DNA of 64,000 nt, from positions 1 through 64,000 of the forward strand of contig CAXGAI010000005.1 in assembly GCA_964007735.1 (NCBI GenBank). The letters are read 5' to 3'. Each line of letters starts with the position of its first letter. Positions within the stretch are counted from its first letter, which is position 1. The notes below the pieces were generated by a model. The model ran no database searches and had not been told where the DNA came from. It saw only the letters and a list, made by a program, of their open reading frames with translations. The position numbers and the translations under genes were made by a program. The DNA is from an uncultured Rhodopirellula sp. (GTDB taxonomy: Bacteria > Planctomycetota > Planctomycetia > Pirellulales > Pirellulaceae). Below are positions 10,097 to 20,148 of the stretch, piece by piece.

Positions 10097-10837
10097 TTAA
10101 CCACGACCTACATATAACTGTTGGTGAGGTAGTACGACGGCATCGAGTATTTCAACGTGTGGTGGTAGCGTAGCCATGAGCAGTGCGACTTCAGCCAGTT
10201 CATGAACGGTCATCATTGGCTCCTGATCTTCGGTTGACTCGCTGGCTTGACGACGTTCCGTGGCAATGTTCCCGGGATGTAACCCACAGCAGGTGATATT
10301 GTATTCACGACCTTCAAGTGCTGTGACATGAGTTAGACCTTGAATCCCGAATTTAGAAGTTGAGTAAGGAGCTGAACCGGGACGTACTCGGGTTGCGGAA
10401 ATTGATCCGACATTGATGATGCGACCGTTATTCTGTGGCTTCATGATTTGCATGGCAAGCTTGGTACACATAAATGGCCCGCGTAAGTTGGTGTTGATGA
10501 CATGGTCCCAGTCTTCCAGAGCGAGTTGATCAATGGGACCACCGTTGAAAGCTCCGGCATTATTTACCAACAGATCCATGTAATCAAAGTTAGCTTTGAA
10601 CTTTTCAAACATGGCATCAACACTATCACTGCAGCCGACGTCACCGGCGTGCGTTACGATTTTCAGATCATGTTTTGCTGCTTCTTTCGCTTCTTCTGCC
10701 ATGCGGTCCAGGTCATCCTGATTACGTGAAGAGATGAGCAGGTCACATCCTTCGTTTACAAAGGCTAGTACCATCCCTCGTCCAATTCCTTTACTGCCAC
10801 CGGTGATAAGAGCGGTTTTTCCTGAAAGTTTTCCCAT
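10097..10837 (-). CDS. SDR family oxidoreductase
   Basis: TGGSKGIG, NNAG and YSTSK catalytic motif. Confidence 0.93.
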   Translation of the reverse strand: MGKLSGKTALITGGSKGIGRGMVLAFVNEGCDLLISSRNQDDLDRMAEEAKEAAKHDLKIVTHAGDVGCSDSVDAMFEKFKANFDYMDLLVNNAGAFNGGPIDQLALEDWDHVINTNLRGPFMCTKLAMQIMKPQNNGRIINVGSISATRVRPGSAPYSTSKFGIQGLTHVTALEGREYNITCCGLHPGNIATERRQASESTEDQEPMMTVHELAEVALLMATLPPHVEILDAVVLPHQQLYVGRG

Positions 10838-11111
10838 GGTGATTGGTTCTCATTATTGAAGCGTATGTTGTTTCATTCTCTAAAATTGAATCTAACTTAT
10901 TGTCGGACGCTTGGATATATTTGCCTGACAGTTCGCTGCCACGTTTTTTGGGTGGAATAAGCCTTATATCCGATCCAATTATGAGCTTCCCCTTATTAAT
11001 AACTCGACAGTTTTAAATAGGGGTGTAATAATATTTGGGTAACCCACGACTTGTTCTCAACGGGTCGTGCTTGTCGTAAATATTCTCGTTGCTTCTTTCA
11101 GGGTTTTGCAA

Positions 11112-13025
11112 ATGCGCATTATTGGCTGCATTTTTTCATTACTAGCAATCTTTGCTATTGGCTGTGGCGATGACAGTGGAAGTTCATCTTCGGCTTCGTC
11201 GAGCGGAGAAGTTGCCTCTAATTCAGCAGGTGCGTCGGGTAGCACTGGAGGTAATACGGGCGGTGCTCCGTCTGCCGGAGGCGGTATGAGTGGAATGATG
11301 GGCGGCGACATGGGTGATGGTGGTGGCATGGGCGGTCCCGGTATGGGCGGCATGGGCGGCGACATGGGTGACGGTGGTGGCATGGGCATGGGCGGTCCCG
11401 GTATGGGCGACATGAGTGAAATGATGGGCGGCACCATGGGTGAAGGCGGCGAAGGCATGGGTATGGGCGGCGACATGAGTGAAATGATGGGCGGCACCAT
11501 GGGTGAAGGCGGTGAAGGTATGGGCATGGGCGGTCCAGGCATGGGCGGCATGGATGATATGTCCGGCATGGGTGAAGGGATGGGCATGGGCGGTCCAGGT
11601 ATGGGCGGCATGGGTGATATGTCCGGCATGGGAGGCGGTCAGCCAACGCCGAAGACATTAGCTGAGATGGCCAATAATTCTTATGCTCAGGGCAAAGATA
11701 AGCAAGCTATTGATTTGATCTATGCAGCAGCAATTGCTGATGAGAATCCGGATAGCATCCTTACTCGTTTCCGTTGGATTCCTGGAGCCAAACGTCCGGG
11801 GTTGGCAGTGCGGTTTGGTTTAGCAATCAACGTGAAGATGACTCCACGTGATTACAACGGTGATGCAAAACCAATCGGAACAGAGCAGAAACTGACATCG
11901 AACCGAGGTGGAAACAACGGAAATCAGGGATTTGGTGACGGATCGGGAGGCCCTCCAGGTCTCGATGGTATGGAAGGCATGGGGGATATGTCCGGCATGG
12001 GTGGCATGGGAATGATGGGTGGCCAGAGTGGTGGCGGCATCCCTAAAGAACTTAAAAAATATACTGGCGACCTGGGCGAAGAGATTGCTAAAGCACTTAA
12101 AGAACGTGTGACAAAAGGTTACTTCGGAACGATCCTGCAAGTAGCTGCTTCGAAGTCTTCACCATCCGGCGGAGGAGACTCCATGGGTATGGGAGATATG
12201 GCAGGTATGGGCGGCATGGGCGGCCCCGGTATGGGCGGTATGGGCGGCCCCGGCATGGGCGGTATGGGCGGCCCCGGCATGGGCGGCGGAGGAGGCTCCA
12301 ATGGAATCGCTCCTGGTATTGTGATGCTTGGAGAAGGGACGATTGATCAGATCTTGGAAACAGCCGTGGAAGAGGATCTCGATGCCATTATTTTCTTTGA
12401 TACAACCGTTGTCCATATTCCCAAAAATGGACTCGTACGAAACACAACGAATATGAGCCTGTACGATGTAAGTTCAGGCAGGCAATTGAAGAAATCTGTT
12501 CCACTGGTGAATATAGCTTTGCAGACTGAGCGTAAGCGTGCTAAAGATCAGAAGAAGCCTGATCCACTCGTTGAGAAGGTTAACGATTTCCTGCAAACCG
12601 TCGATATGAATTACAAGATGGCTAAGATGCCTCAAAATCTGACGGCTGCTGTTGTTCAACAACATCGTTTAATTCCATTGGTCAACAGCAAGACGATTAG
12701 TCCTTTGAAAGCATTGGCTGAAATTGCCTTCTATTACAAATATGGGCTTTGTCCTGAGGCACACCGTAAGATCGCGTATGACAGCATCGTTGGGCAACAA
12801 ATGTCAGCCCAACTGATTGCCGGTAACCTCGAACTACGATTATCTGCGGTGGATGTTTTTCTGGATGTCGAGTCCTCGAAAATACTTCTTAAGCCAGCAC
12901 AAGCTGAAAATGATGGAGGCGGAGGTCCATTCGGTAACGAAGGTGCCTTACCTGGAGCCAATTCAGGTTCCAACCCCATGGGCGCCCCAGGCGCTGCAGC
13001 GGGAGTATTCCCCGGTGCTATGTAA
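11112..13025 (+). CDS. Gly/Met-rich low-complexity lipoprotein, function unknown
   Basis: Lipobox FAIG-C after a hydrophobic leader; three GGM-rich tracts between folded-looking segments. Confidence 0.75.
   Translation: MRIIGCIFSLLAIFAIGCGDDSGSSSSASSSGEVASNSAGASGSTGGNTGGAPSAGGGMSGMMGGDMGDGGGMGGPGMGGMGGDMGDGGGMGMGGPGMGDMSEMMGGTMGEGGEGMGMGGDMSEMMGGTMGEGGEGMGMGGPGMGGMDDMSGMGEGMGMGGPGMGGMGDMSGMGGGQPTPKTLAEMANNSYAQGKDKQAIDLIYAAAIADENPDSILTRFRWIPGAKRPGLAVRFGLAINVKMTPRDYNGDAKPIGTEQKLTSNRGGNNGNQGFGDGSGGPPGLDGMEGMGDMSGMGGMGMMGGQSGGGIPKELKKYTGDLGEEIAKALKERVTKGYFGTILQVAASKSSPSGGGDSMGMGDMAGMGGMGGPGMGGMGGPGMGGMGGPGMGGGGGSNGIAPGIVMLGEGTIDQILETAVEEDLDAIIFFDTTVVHIPKNGLVRNTTNMSLYDVSSGRQLKKSVPLVNIALQTERKRAKDQKKPDPLVEKVNDFLQTVDMNYKMAKMPQNLTAAVVQQHRLIPLVNSKTISPLKALAEIAFYYKYGLCPEAHRKIAYDSIVGQQMSAQLIAGNLELRLSAVDVFLDVESSKILLKPAQAENDGGGGPFGNEGALPGANSGSNPMGAPGAAAGVFPGAM
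11280..11640. repeat. Coding ATGGGCGGC-type repeat tract with higher-order duplications of about 63-bp and 60-bp period
   Basis: GGCGACATGAGTGAAATGATGGGCGGCACCATGGGTGAAGGCGG occurs near 11407 and 11470; GGCATGGGCGGTCCAGG...GATATGTCCGGCATGGG occurs near 11523 and 11583. Confidence 0.85.
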
Positions 13026-13128
13026 AGATAGATAATTCGAAATTGATCCTAGAAGGAAACCGGGTTGGTTTTGGATTAGGTTTTCAAAAAAGAATGGTTT
13101 ATCGGAGAACGTCAACTCTGTCCGGAGG

Positions 13129-14274
13129 TTATCGACGGATATGCTTGGTGATGAAATAGGTTATTGGAATCAGTACCAGCAGTGGCAACCAGGCGGCCAG
13201 GGAAGGGGTAATGGCGTAGCCGCTACTGCCAATCGCATGGCATGTAAAGACAACACCATAGAAACAAATCAAAGCAAAGATGCAATTGATAAACGAAAAG
13301 ATGATGCTTTGGTTGCGACCGGACAATACAAAAGGCAAGCCTAAGAGAAGCAAGGTTAGATCCAGTACCGGCTGAACGATTCTTGCATGCAGTTGTACAC
13401 GAAGATGGGCACCGTAATCCAAACTGTCATTTTTCAATAACGCCACAAGATCTTTTGTAGAGCTGTACTTGTAGTGGTTGTTTTCGGCTACCAGCAGTTC
13501 CAGCGGTAGTTTGCTGGTGATGAAAAGATCATTTTCATGAAGGGTCGGGTCCTCTTTCGAGGTGTAAATCACAGTTTGGTCATCGAGACGGGCAGATTGG
13601 TATTTGCTTAATTCTTTTGGAACAATCACATTGACTAACTTATATCCTGATAGTTGTTCAGGTTGCTCTTTGTCTGCAGCAATGTAGATCGCTTTTTCGG
13701 CTTCGATGATTCGTGGGAATTGCCCTAGCGGTTGATGTAAGTGGAGTCGTGGGTTAATGATCGTTCGGTCAGACATGATGGCATGCTGCCCGCCAAATAG
13801 AATGTCCGTGCGATGGTCAAACTTTGCTCGGATCGGGTCTTTTTTCTGTCCACTCCAATTTTGAGCAGTGCGACTCAGAACGTCTTGATAATGCGGTATT
13901 ATCAGCTCTCGATTGGTAATGCCTAATGCTGCGAGAATGACAGCCATGAAAATGAATGGCTTAGCAATCTGTCGGGGAGAAACTCCCATGGAGTGTAGAG
14001 CAATTAACTCATGCTTGCTCTGCATCCCGGCGATGGTCAAAACCGCAGCTCCGAGAATCACGGCTGAATTGATAGTATTAAAAAGTGAGAAGCTTCGCAC
14101 TCCGTAATACTGAATGAGTGTATCAAGGAGGCTGACTTCATCCGGGGTGGCGTTACTGAGTCGATCCAGGTTAGTCACCATGTCAATGATGAAGTACATG
14201 CAAAATAAGGCCACCAAGATGATCAGATAAATCTTGATGAATTGTTTGACCGTGTATCTGGCAAGCAATGACAT
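13129..14274 (-). CDS. LptF/LptG family LPS-export permease
   Basis: LLARY start, 3+3 TM layout around a periplasmic domain, ELIALHSMGVS motif and LAAWLP. Confidence 0.85.
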   Translation of the reverse strand: MSLLARYTVKQFIKIYLIILVALFCMYFIIDMVTNLDRLSNATPDEVSLLDTLIQYYGVRSFSLFNTINSAVILGAAVLTIAGMQSKHELIALHSMGVSPRQIAKPFIFMAVILAALGITNRELIIPHYQDVLSRTAQNWSGQKKDPIRAKFDHRTDILFGGQHAIMSDRTIINPRLHLHQPLGQFPRIIEAEKAIYIAADKEQPEQLSGYKLVNVIVPKELSKYQSARLDDQTVIYTSKEDPTLHENDLFITSKLPLELLVAENNHYKYSSTKDLVALLKNDSLDYGAHLRVQLHARIVQPVLDLTLLLLGLPFVLSGRNQSIIFSFINCIFALICFYGVVFTCHAIGSSGYAITPSLAAWLPLLVLIPITYFITKHIRR

Positions 14275-14307
14275 GGGCTTTATTCAGTTTGGCTATCAGT
14301 AAGCAGG

Positions 14308-15594
14308 TTATTGCCAGGCTTTGATTTGTTCAGACAATATGCGCACTCCCTGCTCAATTCTCTCCGCTGACTGTACACCAAATGTCAATCGAATGGTACT
14401 GTGATTTGCTGGTTCGCCCCGTGCAGCAAAACAGTATTCACCGGGAACGTAAACGACCCCGGCAGCAACGGCACTTTTCAGGAAGGCTCCCTGCATACCT
14501 GTATTGATGTGATTTGGCAGAGTTAACCAAACACAGAGTCCTCCCTTGGTTTCGTGCCAGTGACAGCCTTCCATCGTTCCCAGATGGTCAGAAAGTGCAT
14601 TGAGCATTGCATTTCTGCGCTTATTGTAAACCGCACGAAGCTTGTCGACGTGCTCAAGCCAATGACCATCATTGAGGACAGTTGCCATGATTCGCTGGGC
14701 GAGTAGCGGGGCACCAAAATCAACATTACTTTTTTGATCACTCAGAGGACCTACCAGATCCTGGGGAATGAAACCCCATCCGACACGGATGCCCGGTGAG
14801 AATGATTTGGAGAAGGTGCCTGCCACGATGGTGTGTTCCAAGCTAGGGTCCCAATGATGAATACTGGGAGTATCATCTCCCTGGTAACGAAGCATGCGAT
14901 AAGCTTCATCCGAGATCACATAGATTTTATGTTCTCGTGACCACTTCTTCGCAATCTCCAGAATCTGTTTGCCTCGCTCGGAAGGCAGGGTCGTGCCGCC
15001 GGGATTATCGAAGTAAGGAACGGTATAGATTGCTTTGACCTTGGATAATTTGCCTTCTGAATCCAGTTGTGACAAAGCGGCATCGAGTGAGTTGGGGATG
15101 ATTCCCATTTCGTCAGTAGCGATACCCAATGTTTGGCCACCAATGTTTTTGATGGCACCGATAAACACGAAGTAGGATGGCGAGGCACAGAGGATAATGT
15201 CATCGGGGTTAAGGAGTGTATCAGCCAGAAGAAAAAGTAGTTGATTACTTCCAGGCGTGATAAAAACCTGCTCCAGACCTAGATTGTAGTCCACGAGAGT
15301 TGCGGCTGCGGTTTGGTTCATTTCGATGGCCTGTCGCAGAATTTGACTGCGTAGTTGCTCATCGCCGAGATTGGAACCGTATTGCAAAGCGACTTTGGAA
15401 TCAACGCCGTCGGTAAGCACTTTGTTGACAGCATCTTTGGTGATTTCCGTGGGAAGCGAATCATTGTCAACAAAGCCCGCTGCTAGCGAGATGATATTTG
15501 GATTTGAAAGTGCCATAGCCATCAACTGGCTGATCGGTTGGCCAGCGGCTTGTAGAGCTCGTTTACTAACGCGTGCCCGGGATGGATCTTTCAT
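14308..15594 (-). CDS. PLP-dependent aminotransferase class I/II (LysN/Aro8-like)
   Basis: ISLAAG, ALQYG, YTVPYFDNPGG, DEAY and GTFSKSFSPGIRVGW. Confidence 0.9.
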   Translation of the reverse strand: MKDPSRARVSKRALQAAGQPISQLMAMALSNPNIISLAAGFVDNDSLPTEITKDAVNKVLTDGVDSKVALQYGSNLGDEQLRSQILRQAIEMNQTAAATLVDYNLGLEQVFITPGSNQLLFLLADTLLNPDDIILCASPSYFVFIGAIKNIGGQTLGIATDEMGIIPNSLDAALSQLDSEGKLSKVKAIYTVPYFDNPGGTTLPSERGKQILEIAKKWSREHKIYVISDEAYRMLRYQGDDTPSIHHWDPSLEHTIVAGTFSKSFSPGIRVGWGFIPQDLVGPLSDQKSNVDFGAPLLAQRIMATVLNDGHWLEHVDKLRAVYNKRRNAMLNALSDHLGTMEGCHWHETKGGLCVWLTLPNHINTGMQGAFLKSAVAAGVVYVPGEYCFAARGEPANHSTIRLTFGVQSAERIEQGVRILSEQIKAWQ

Positions 15595-15705
15595 GATCTG
15601 GATCTTCTGTAGTGGCAGTGACTTGACATCAAAAGGAGCAAATTGAATGACTTATTACTCGCAAACGCTATTCTAGGACAAATCCAACTTTTCGGAAAAT
15701 AAGAG

Positions 15706-16455
15706 ATGCGCCAATTTCTACGCTCGCTAAAAGATTTGTTTCTTCCACCGATTTGTATCTGTTGTCACCAATGTGTCGTCGAAGAAAGTCAGGGTTCTGT
15801 TGAATTGATCTGTAAGGAATGTTGTGAACAGTATTTCGAGAGTGAGAGGCGATGTAAGGACAGATGTACGTTCTGCGGATTTCCAATAGCTGTGTATATG
15901 GATAGCCCGACTGCTCCTCCATTCACTTGTCTGGAATGTCGACAGTGGGGATTCCAGTTTTCGGCAACTCACTATTTGGGCGGGTATAAAGGCCGACTGA
16001 AAGAGCTTGTTTTACAGGCCAAGATGAAGTCGGGCTCACCAGTTGGCTTTGCATTAGGGCAAGCGATTGGGGTGAGGTTACCCACACGCATGCCGGATGT
16101 CGTCATTCCAGTACCGATGCATTGGCGTCGAAAAGTTATGCGCCAGCAAACTACAGCTGAGGTAATCGCTCTGGGAATACGCTCGCAGATTGCATCGCCC
16201 GTTACACTTGAGACACAGTCTATTAGGGCTTCACGGGTAACTCAAAAACAAGGAATGCTGTCGCCAGAAAAACGACGCGAGAATGTTCGAGATGCATTCC
16301 GTGTGATCAAATCACAAGTGATTTCCGGCCGACGAGTGTTACTTGTAGATGATGTGATGACAACAGGCGCAACGCTGGATGAGCTTACCAATTTGTTGTT
16401 GGTTCATGGAGCAAGGGATGTTGAAGTGGCGGTTGTTTGTCGAGCGGGAGGGTAA
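15706..16455 (+). CDS. comF: ComF family phosphoribosyltransferase-like protein with N-terminal zinc ribbons
   Basis: CxxC pairs, PVPMH and LLVDDVMTTGATL PRT motif. Confidence 0.85.
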   Translation: MRQFLRSLKDLFLPPICICCHQCVVEESQGSVELICKECCEQYFESERRCKDRCTFCGFPIAVYMDSPTAPPFTCLECRQWGFQFSATHYLGGYKGRLKELVLQAKMKSGSPVGFALGQAIGVRLPTRMPDVVIPVPMHWRRKVMRQQTTAEVIALGIRSQIASPVTLETQSIRASRVTQKQGMLSPEKRRENVRDAFRVIKSQVISGRRVLLVDDVMTTGATLDELTNLLLVHGARDVEVAVVCRAGG

Positions 16456-16626
16456 TCCTTAGAATTTTCACGCAGGATACTTCCGTAACCCAGTAATAAA
16501 TCAAAGCCTTCATTTTGGCACTCTGGTTGGTCGGTACTTGAAATAGGTGGGTTCCAGCTTAACAATAAGGGCACGAGTTTGTTGTCCCTCGGCGGCGTGG
16601 TTTAACAGGTAAGGACAGAGTAATTT

Positions 16627-17541
16627 ATGAGTAAGAACCCCCCAAAGCCATTTCGTGCAGCTATTTTGCGTGGTCTGGGAGTCGTGTTGCCTCCGTTACT
16701 GACAATTGCTTTGTTTATCTGGGCATGGTCGATGATCAATAACTACATTCTGCGGCCTGTTGACTGGTTAGCCCGGACCGTAGTCGTTGCCTCGATAAGC
16801 GATATCCAAGACGAGAAAACCGAGACGGCTAACCATGCGATTCGTGAAAATGGACCTTATATTCCCTATATGGTTTATCAGCAAGTTAGTGAGGACGAAG
16901 AACGTGTCGTTGACTTATCTACTGCGACACCGGAAGAAATATACGATCGTTATGTGACGTTGGTTTATCTTAAGCCCTGGCTGGTAGCCGTTGTTTTCAT
17001 GGTGGTGTTTATCATTGCATTGTATTTCATTGGTGAATTGTTAGCAGCTAAATTTGGCCGATTTGCTTTTGTTCAGGTTGAAAAGATTATCAATCGCATT
17101 CCCTTGATTCGCAACGTTTACTCCAGTGTAAAACAGGTAACGGATTTCCTCGTGGGTGACCATGATATGGAATTCAATCAGGTTGTAGCGGTTCAATATC
17201 CAAGTGCCGGGATTTGGTCCATTGGATTCGTCACAGGTTCAAGCATGCGTGGTGTACGGGATCATGTTGGTGAAGAAATGATTAGTGTACTGATGCCGAC
17301 ATCTCCGATGCCAGCGACAGGGTTTACGGTGACGGTACCGAAAAGCAAGACCGTCGAATTAGATCTTACAATTGATCAGGCAATTCAGTTTGTTGTTAGT
17401 TGTGGTGTGGTCGTTCCATTTAGTCAACTTTGCGACGATGCTTCTCCCGGGCAACAAGAAGTTGCGGTACGTAATTCCGTGGAAGCGATGCTCGGGCATG
17501 ATGTAGGTAAAGCTGAGTCCGAAACCGAGTTGGACGGGTAG
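16627..17541 (+). CDS. DUF502 membrane protein
   Basis: GLGVVLP, IPLIRNVYSSVKQ, PTSPMPATGF and VVSCGVV. Confidence 0.85.
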   Translation: MSKNPPKPFRAAILRGLGVVLPPLLTIALFIWAWSMINNYILRPVDWLARTVVVASISDIQDEKTETANHAIRENGPYIPYMVYQQVSEDEERVVDLSTATPEEIYDRYVTLVYLKPWLVAVVFMVVFIIALYFIGELLAAKFGRFAFVQVEKIINRIPLIRNVYSSVKQVTDFLVGDHDMEFNQVVAVQYPSAGIWSIGFVTGSSMRGVRDHVGEEMISVLMPTSPMPATGFTVTVPKSKTVELDLTIDQAIQFVVSCGVVVPFSQLCDDASPGQQEVAVRNSVEAMLGHDVGKAESETELDG

Positions 17542-17567
17542 AGATAGAGATTTGAGTATTAAACAGA

Positions 17568-18530
17568 ATGATGAATGAAGCGTCTGATCGAAAACTGAGA
17601 CTAGGAACGCGTGCTAGTGCTTTGGCCTTATGGCAATCCAATTGGGTAGCTTCGCAGTTGCGTGACCTCGGATTTGAAGTGGAACTTGTAGAAATCTCCA
17701 CTCAGGGTGATGTTCGCGGCGGTCCGATCGGTGCGATTGGCTCTCAGGGGGTATTTACCAAAGAGATCCAGCGCGCGTTACTTGAGGAGGAGGTTGATTT
17801 TGCGGTGCACAGTCTGAAGGATCTGCCGACCGAGAATATTCCCGGATTATGTCTGACCAGTGTGCCTCCACGTGAGCGGGTGGGCGATGTTTTGGTAAGC
17901 AATACGATCGATTGCTTTGATGAGATTCCGCAAGGGGCCTTAATTGGTACGGGCAGCATGCGACGCAAAGCACAGCTTTTAAACCAACGACCGGACCTCA
18001 GGGTGGAAGATATTCGTGGCAACGTGGACACTCGACTGCAAAAGCTGGATGACGGTAATTACGAAGCGATCATTCTGGCTGAGTCAGGATTGAAGCGTCT
18101 CGGATTGGTGGAACGTATTACTCATGTGATCGATCGTTCGATCATGATTCCGGCTGTCGGACAGGGTGCCCTGGGGATTGAGTGTCGAGAGGATGATGCT
18201 CATGTTCGCCAAGTGCTTGCTCACCTCAATGATTCAGAGACGTTTGTCACTGTTACAGCAGAACGGGCGATGTTACGATCGCTGCGTGCGGGTTGCCTCG
18301 CTCCGGTAGGTGCCTTCGGGCAGGTGGTTGATGGTAAATTGCAGTTGCAAGGGGTTGTGCTTAGTGGCATGGGCGATCAACGTGTCGATGCAAAAGCTGA
18401 GATTGCATTGGCTGAGTTGTCGGAATCGGAGCAGGCTAATGCAGCCAATACCCTGGGGCAGACAATTGCAGAGGATCTTATTAGGCAGGGGGCCACAGAA
18501 CTCATTTCGGAAGCTCGGGACAATGCCTGA
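17568..18530 (+). CDS. hemC: Hydroxymethylbilane synthase (porphobilinogen deaminase)
   Basis: GTRASALALWQ, GVFTKEI, AVHSLKDLP, IRGNVDTRL, PAVGQGAL and the cofactor Cys in GCLAPVG. Confidence 0.97.
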   Translation: MMNEASDRKLRLGTRASALALWQSNWVASQLRDLGFEVELVEISTQGDVRGGPIGAIGSQGVFTKEIQRALLEEEVDFAVHSLKDLPTENIPGLCLTSVPPRERVGDVLVSNTIDCFDEIPQGALIGTGSMRRKAQLLNQRPDLRVEDIRGNVDTRLQKLDDGNYEAIILAESGLKRLGLVERITHVIDRSIMIPAVGQGALGIECREDDAHVRQVLAHLNDSETFVTVTAERAMLRSLRAGCLAPVGAFGQVVDGKLQLQGVVLSGMGDQRVDAKAEIALAELSESEQANAANTLGQTIAEDLIRQGATELISEARDNA

Positions 18531-18580
18531 GCAGATTTTGATCGTGTCCAGCTTCTTCCTCAATCATCGCTGATTGGCAA

Positions 18581-18775
18581 TTAAAGAAGTGACGTTCTTT
18601 CCTCTTCAGTCTGTTCGTTTTGAATAGCCTGGAAGACTTCTTCGCGGTGCACAGAGATGCTTGGTGGTGCGTCGATGCCGAGACGCACTTTATCTCCTCT
18701 TACGTCGACTATCGTGATAGTAATTTCTTTTCCAATCATGATGCTTTCATCACGTCGTCGTGAAAGTACGAGCAT
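18581..18775 (-). CDS. csrA: Carbon storage regulator CsrA (paralogue 1)
   Basis: MLVLSRRRDESIMIG...VRLGIDAP..ISVHREEV. Confidence 0.95.
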   Translation of the reverse strand: MLVLSRRRDESIMIGKEITITIVDVRGDKVRLGIDAPPSISVHREEVFQAIQNEQTEEERTSLL

Positions 18776-18904
18776 TGAGAGGGTCTCCAGGGGGATCGGT
18801 TTTGCTTTGTTTTATCGTCTGGGTTTACGTAAAGTATCGGAGGTGTGTGTAGTGGATACTTGGTCTAAACGTTTAAAGTGGATGTTTTCTTAACAATTGC
18901 ATAC

Positions 18905-19030
18905 CGCTTCCTGCACTTATACCTAACTTGCGGTAGATTCCGTGAGTTCCGGTTGTTCGGATTAATCCTGTTGTCGATTTCCAGCCTGTTGGTTCCCCCG
19001 CAAATCCCTTATCTGCCGTGCTTTGCCTGC
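18905..19030 (-). ncRNA. Candidate CsrA-binding RNA (GGA-rich sRNA or long csrA leader)
   Basis: Seven GGA triplets on the minus strand within 18909-19007, 130-230 nt upstream of csrA on the same strand; transcript ends not defined. Confidence 0.35.
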
Positions 19031-19155
19031 TACTTGTCTTTTGATTTTGATGCTATAACAGAGGGTTATTACTGCACCTTTTGTGCGGTTAATAACAACA
19101 CGGAAGTAATTTCGAAAGAGAAACCAGTGAGACTATTGATAATGGGAGCCAAGCG

Positions 19156-20019
19156 TTGAGCGATTCCGATAAAACTTTGATTCGTGTAGGTCACAGCCCC
19201 GACCCAGATGACGCATTTATGTTCTATGCTCTGGCTAAAGAGACGATTGATACCGGTGACTACTTGTTCACGCACGAATTAGTAGACATCGAAACGCTCA
19301 ATCGTCGAGCTTTCGAAGCTGAATTAGAACTGACAGCCCTGAGTTTGCATGCGTACGCTCATCTGGCTGACAAATATGCCATTTGTGCTTGTGGCGCAAG
19401 TATGGGCGATAAATATGGCCCGATGGTTGTGGCTCGCCAGAAGGTTTCGATTGGAGACTGTAAGAATTACACGATTGCAGTTCCGGGAACTTTGACGACA
19501 GCGTATTTGGCCCTCCGTATGTGCCTGGGCGTTGATTTTGATCATGTCGTCGTACCGTTTGATGAGATTCTGGATGTCGTTGAGGCAGGTGAATATCAAG
19601 GACAGGCGATTCAGGCGGGATTGATTATTCACGAGGGGCAATTGACTTATGGGAGCCAAGATTTGGAATTGATTGTTGATCTGGGAAAGTGGTGGTATGA
19701 AGAGACCGAATTGCCATTACCACTTGGATGCAACGGAATCCGTAAAGACCTTGGTCAGCCGGCGATGGATGAAGTCACCGCCTTGCTGAAGGAATCGATT
19801 GTCCACGGGCTGGAGAATCGTGCGCCTGCTCTGGATTATGCGTTGGGGTATGGTCGCGGTCTTGATCGGTCGATGGCTGACGAGTTTGTTGGGATGTATG
19901 TTAATGACTGGACGATTGACTTTGGTGAGAAAGGGCGCGAAGCAGTAGCCGTACTGCTTCGAAAAGGCTATGAAGCCGGTGTGATCCCAGTACTGATTGA
20001 GCCAGAATTTATTGGTTAA
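19156..20019 (+). CDS. mqnD: 1,4-dihydroxy-6-naphthoate synthase (futalosine menaquinone pathway)
   Basis: GHSPDPDDAFMFYAL, DIETLN, GLIIHEGQLTY, LPLPLG and MYVN; TTG start after GGAG. Confidence 0.9.
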   Translation: MSDSDKTLIRVGHSPDPDDAFMFYALAKETIDTGDYLFTHELVDIETLNRRAFEAELELTALSLHAYAHLADKYAICACGASMGDKYGPMVVARQKVSIGDCKNYTIAVPGTLTTAYLALRMCLGVDFDHVVVPFDEILDVVEAGEYQGQAIQAGLIIHEGQLTYGSQDLELIVDLGKWWYEETELPLPLGCNGIRKDLGQPAMDEVTALLKESIVHGLENRAPALDYALGYGRGLDRSMADEFVGMYVNDWTIDFGEKGREAVAVLLRKGYEAGVIPVLIEPEFIG

Positions 20020-20047
20020 AACAAATTCGTTGATAATGACAGCTTCC

Positions 20048-20083
20048 AAGGCGGCATTGCTTCATAGCAAGTCGCCTTTTTTT
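20048..20083 (+). terminator. Intrinsic terminator after mqnD
   Basis: Stem AAGGCGGC-A-TTGCT / AGCAA-GTCGCCTT followed by a T-run. Confidence 0.7.
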
Positions 20084-20113
20084 GGGTGTGTAAGACGTGC
20101 ATTGAAGTCAACG

Positions 20114-20144
20114 AAAAAAGCCACATGGCTTGTACCATGTGGCT
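20114..20144 (-). terminator. Intrinsic terminator after tRNA-Glu
   Basis: Minus strand reads AGCCACATGG-TACAAG-CCATGTGGCT-TTTTT. Confidence 0.8.
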
Positions 20145-20148
20145 AAGG

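Noticed and set aside
11057..11658. Pro-rich and Cys/Arg/His-rich minus-strand ORFs (also 12119-12301 and 51338-51628)
   Set aside because: Antisense shadows of the GGM-coding repeats
13129..14274. Lone lptF/G gene as a novel homodimeric transporter
   Set aside because: The partner is often encoded elsewhere; cannot be judged from this window
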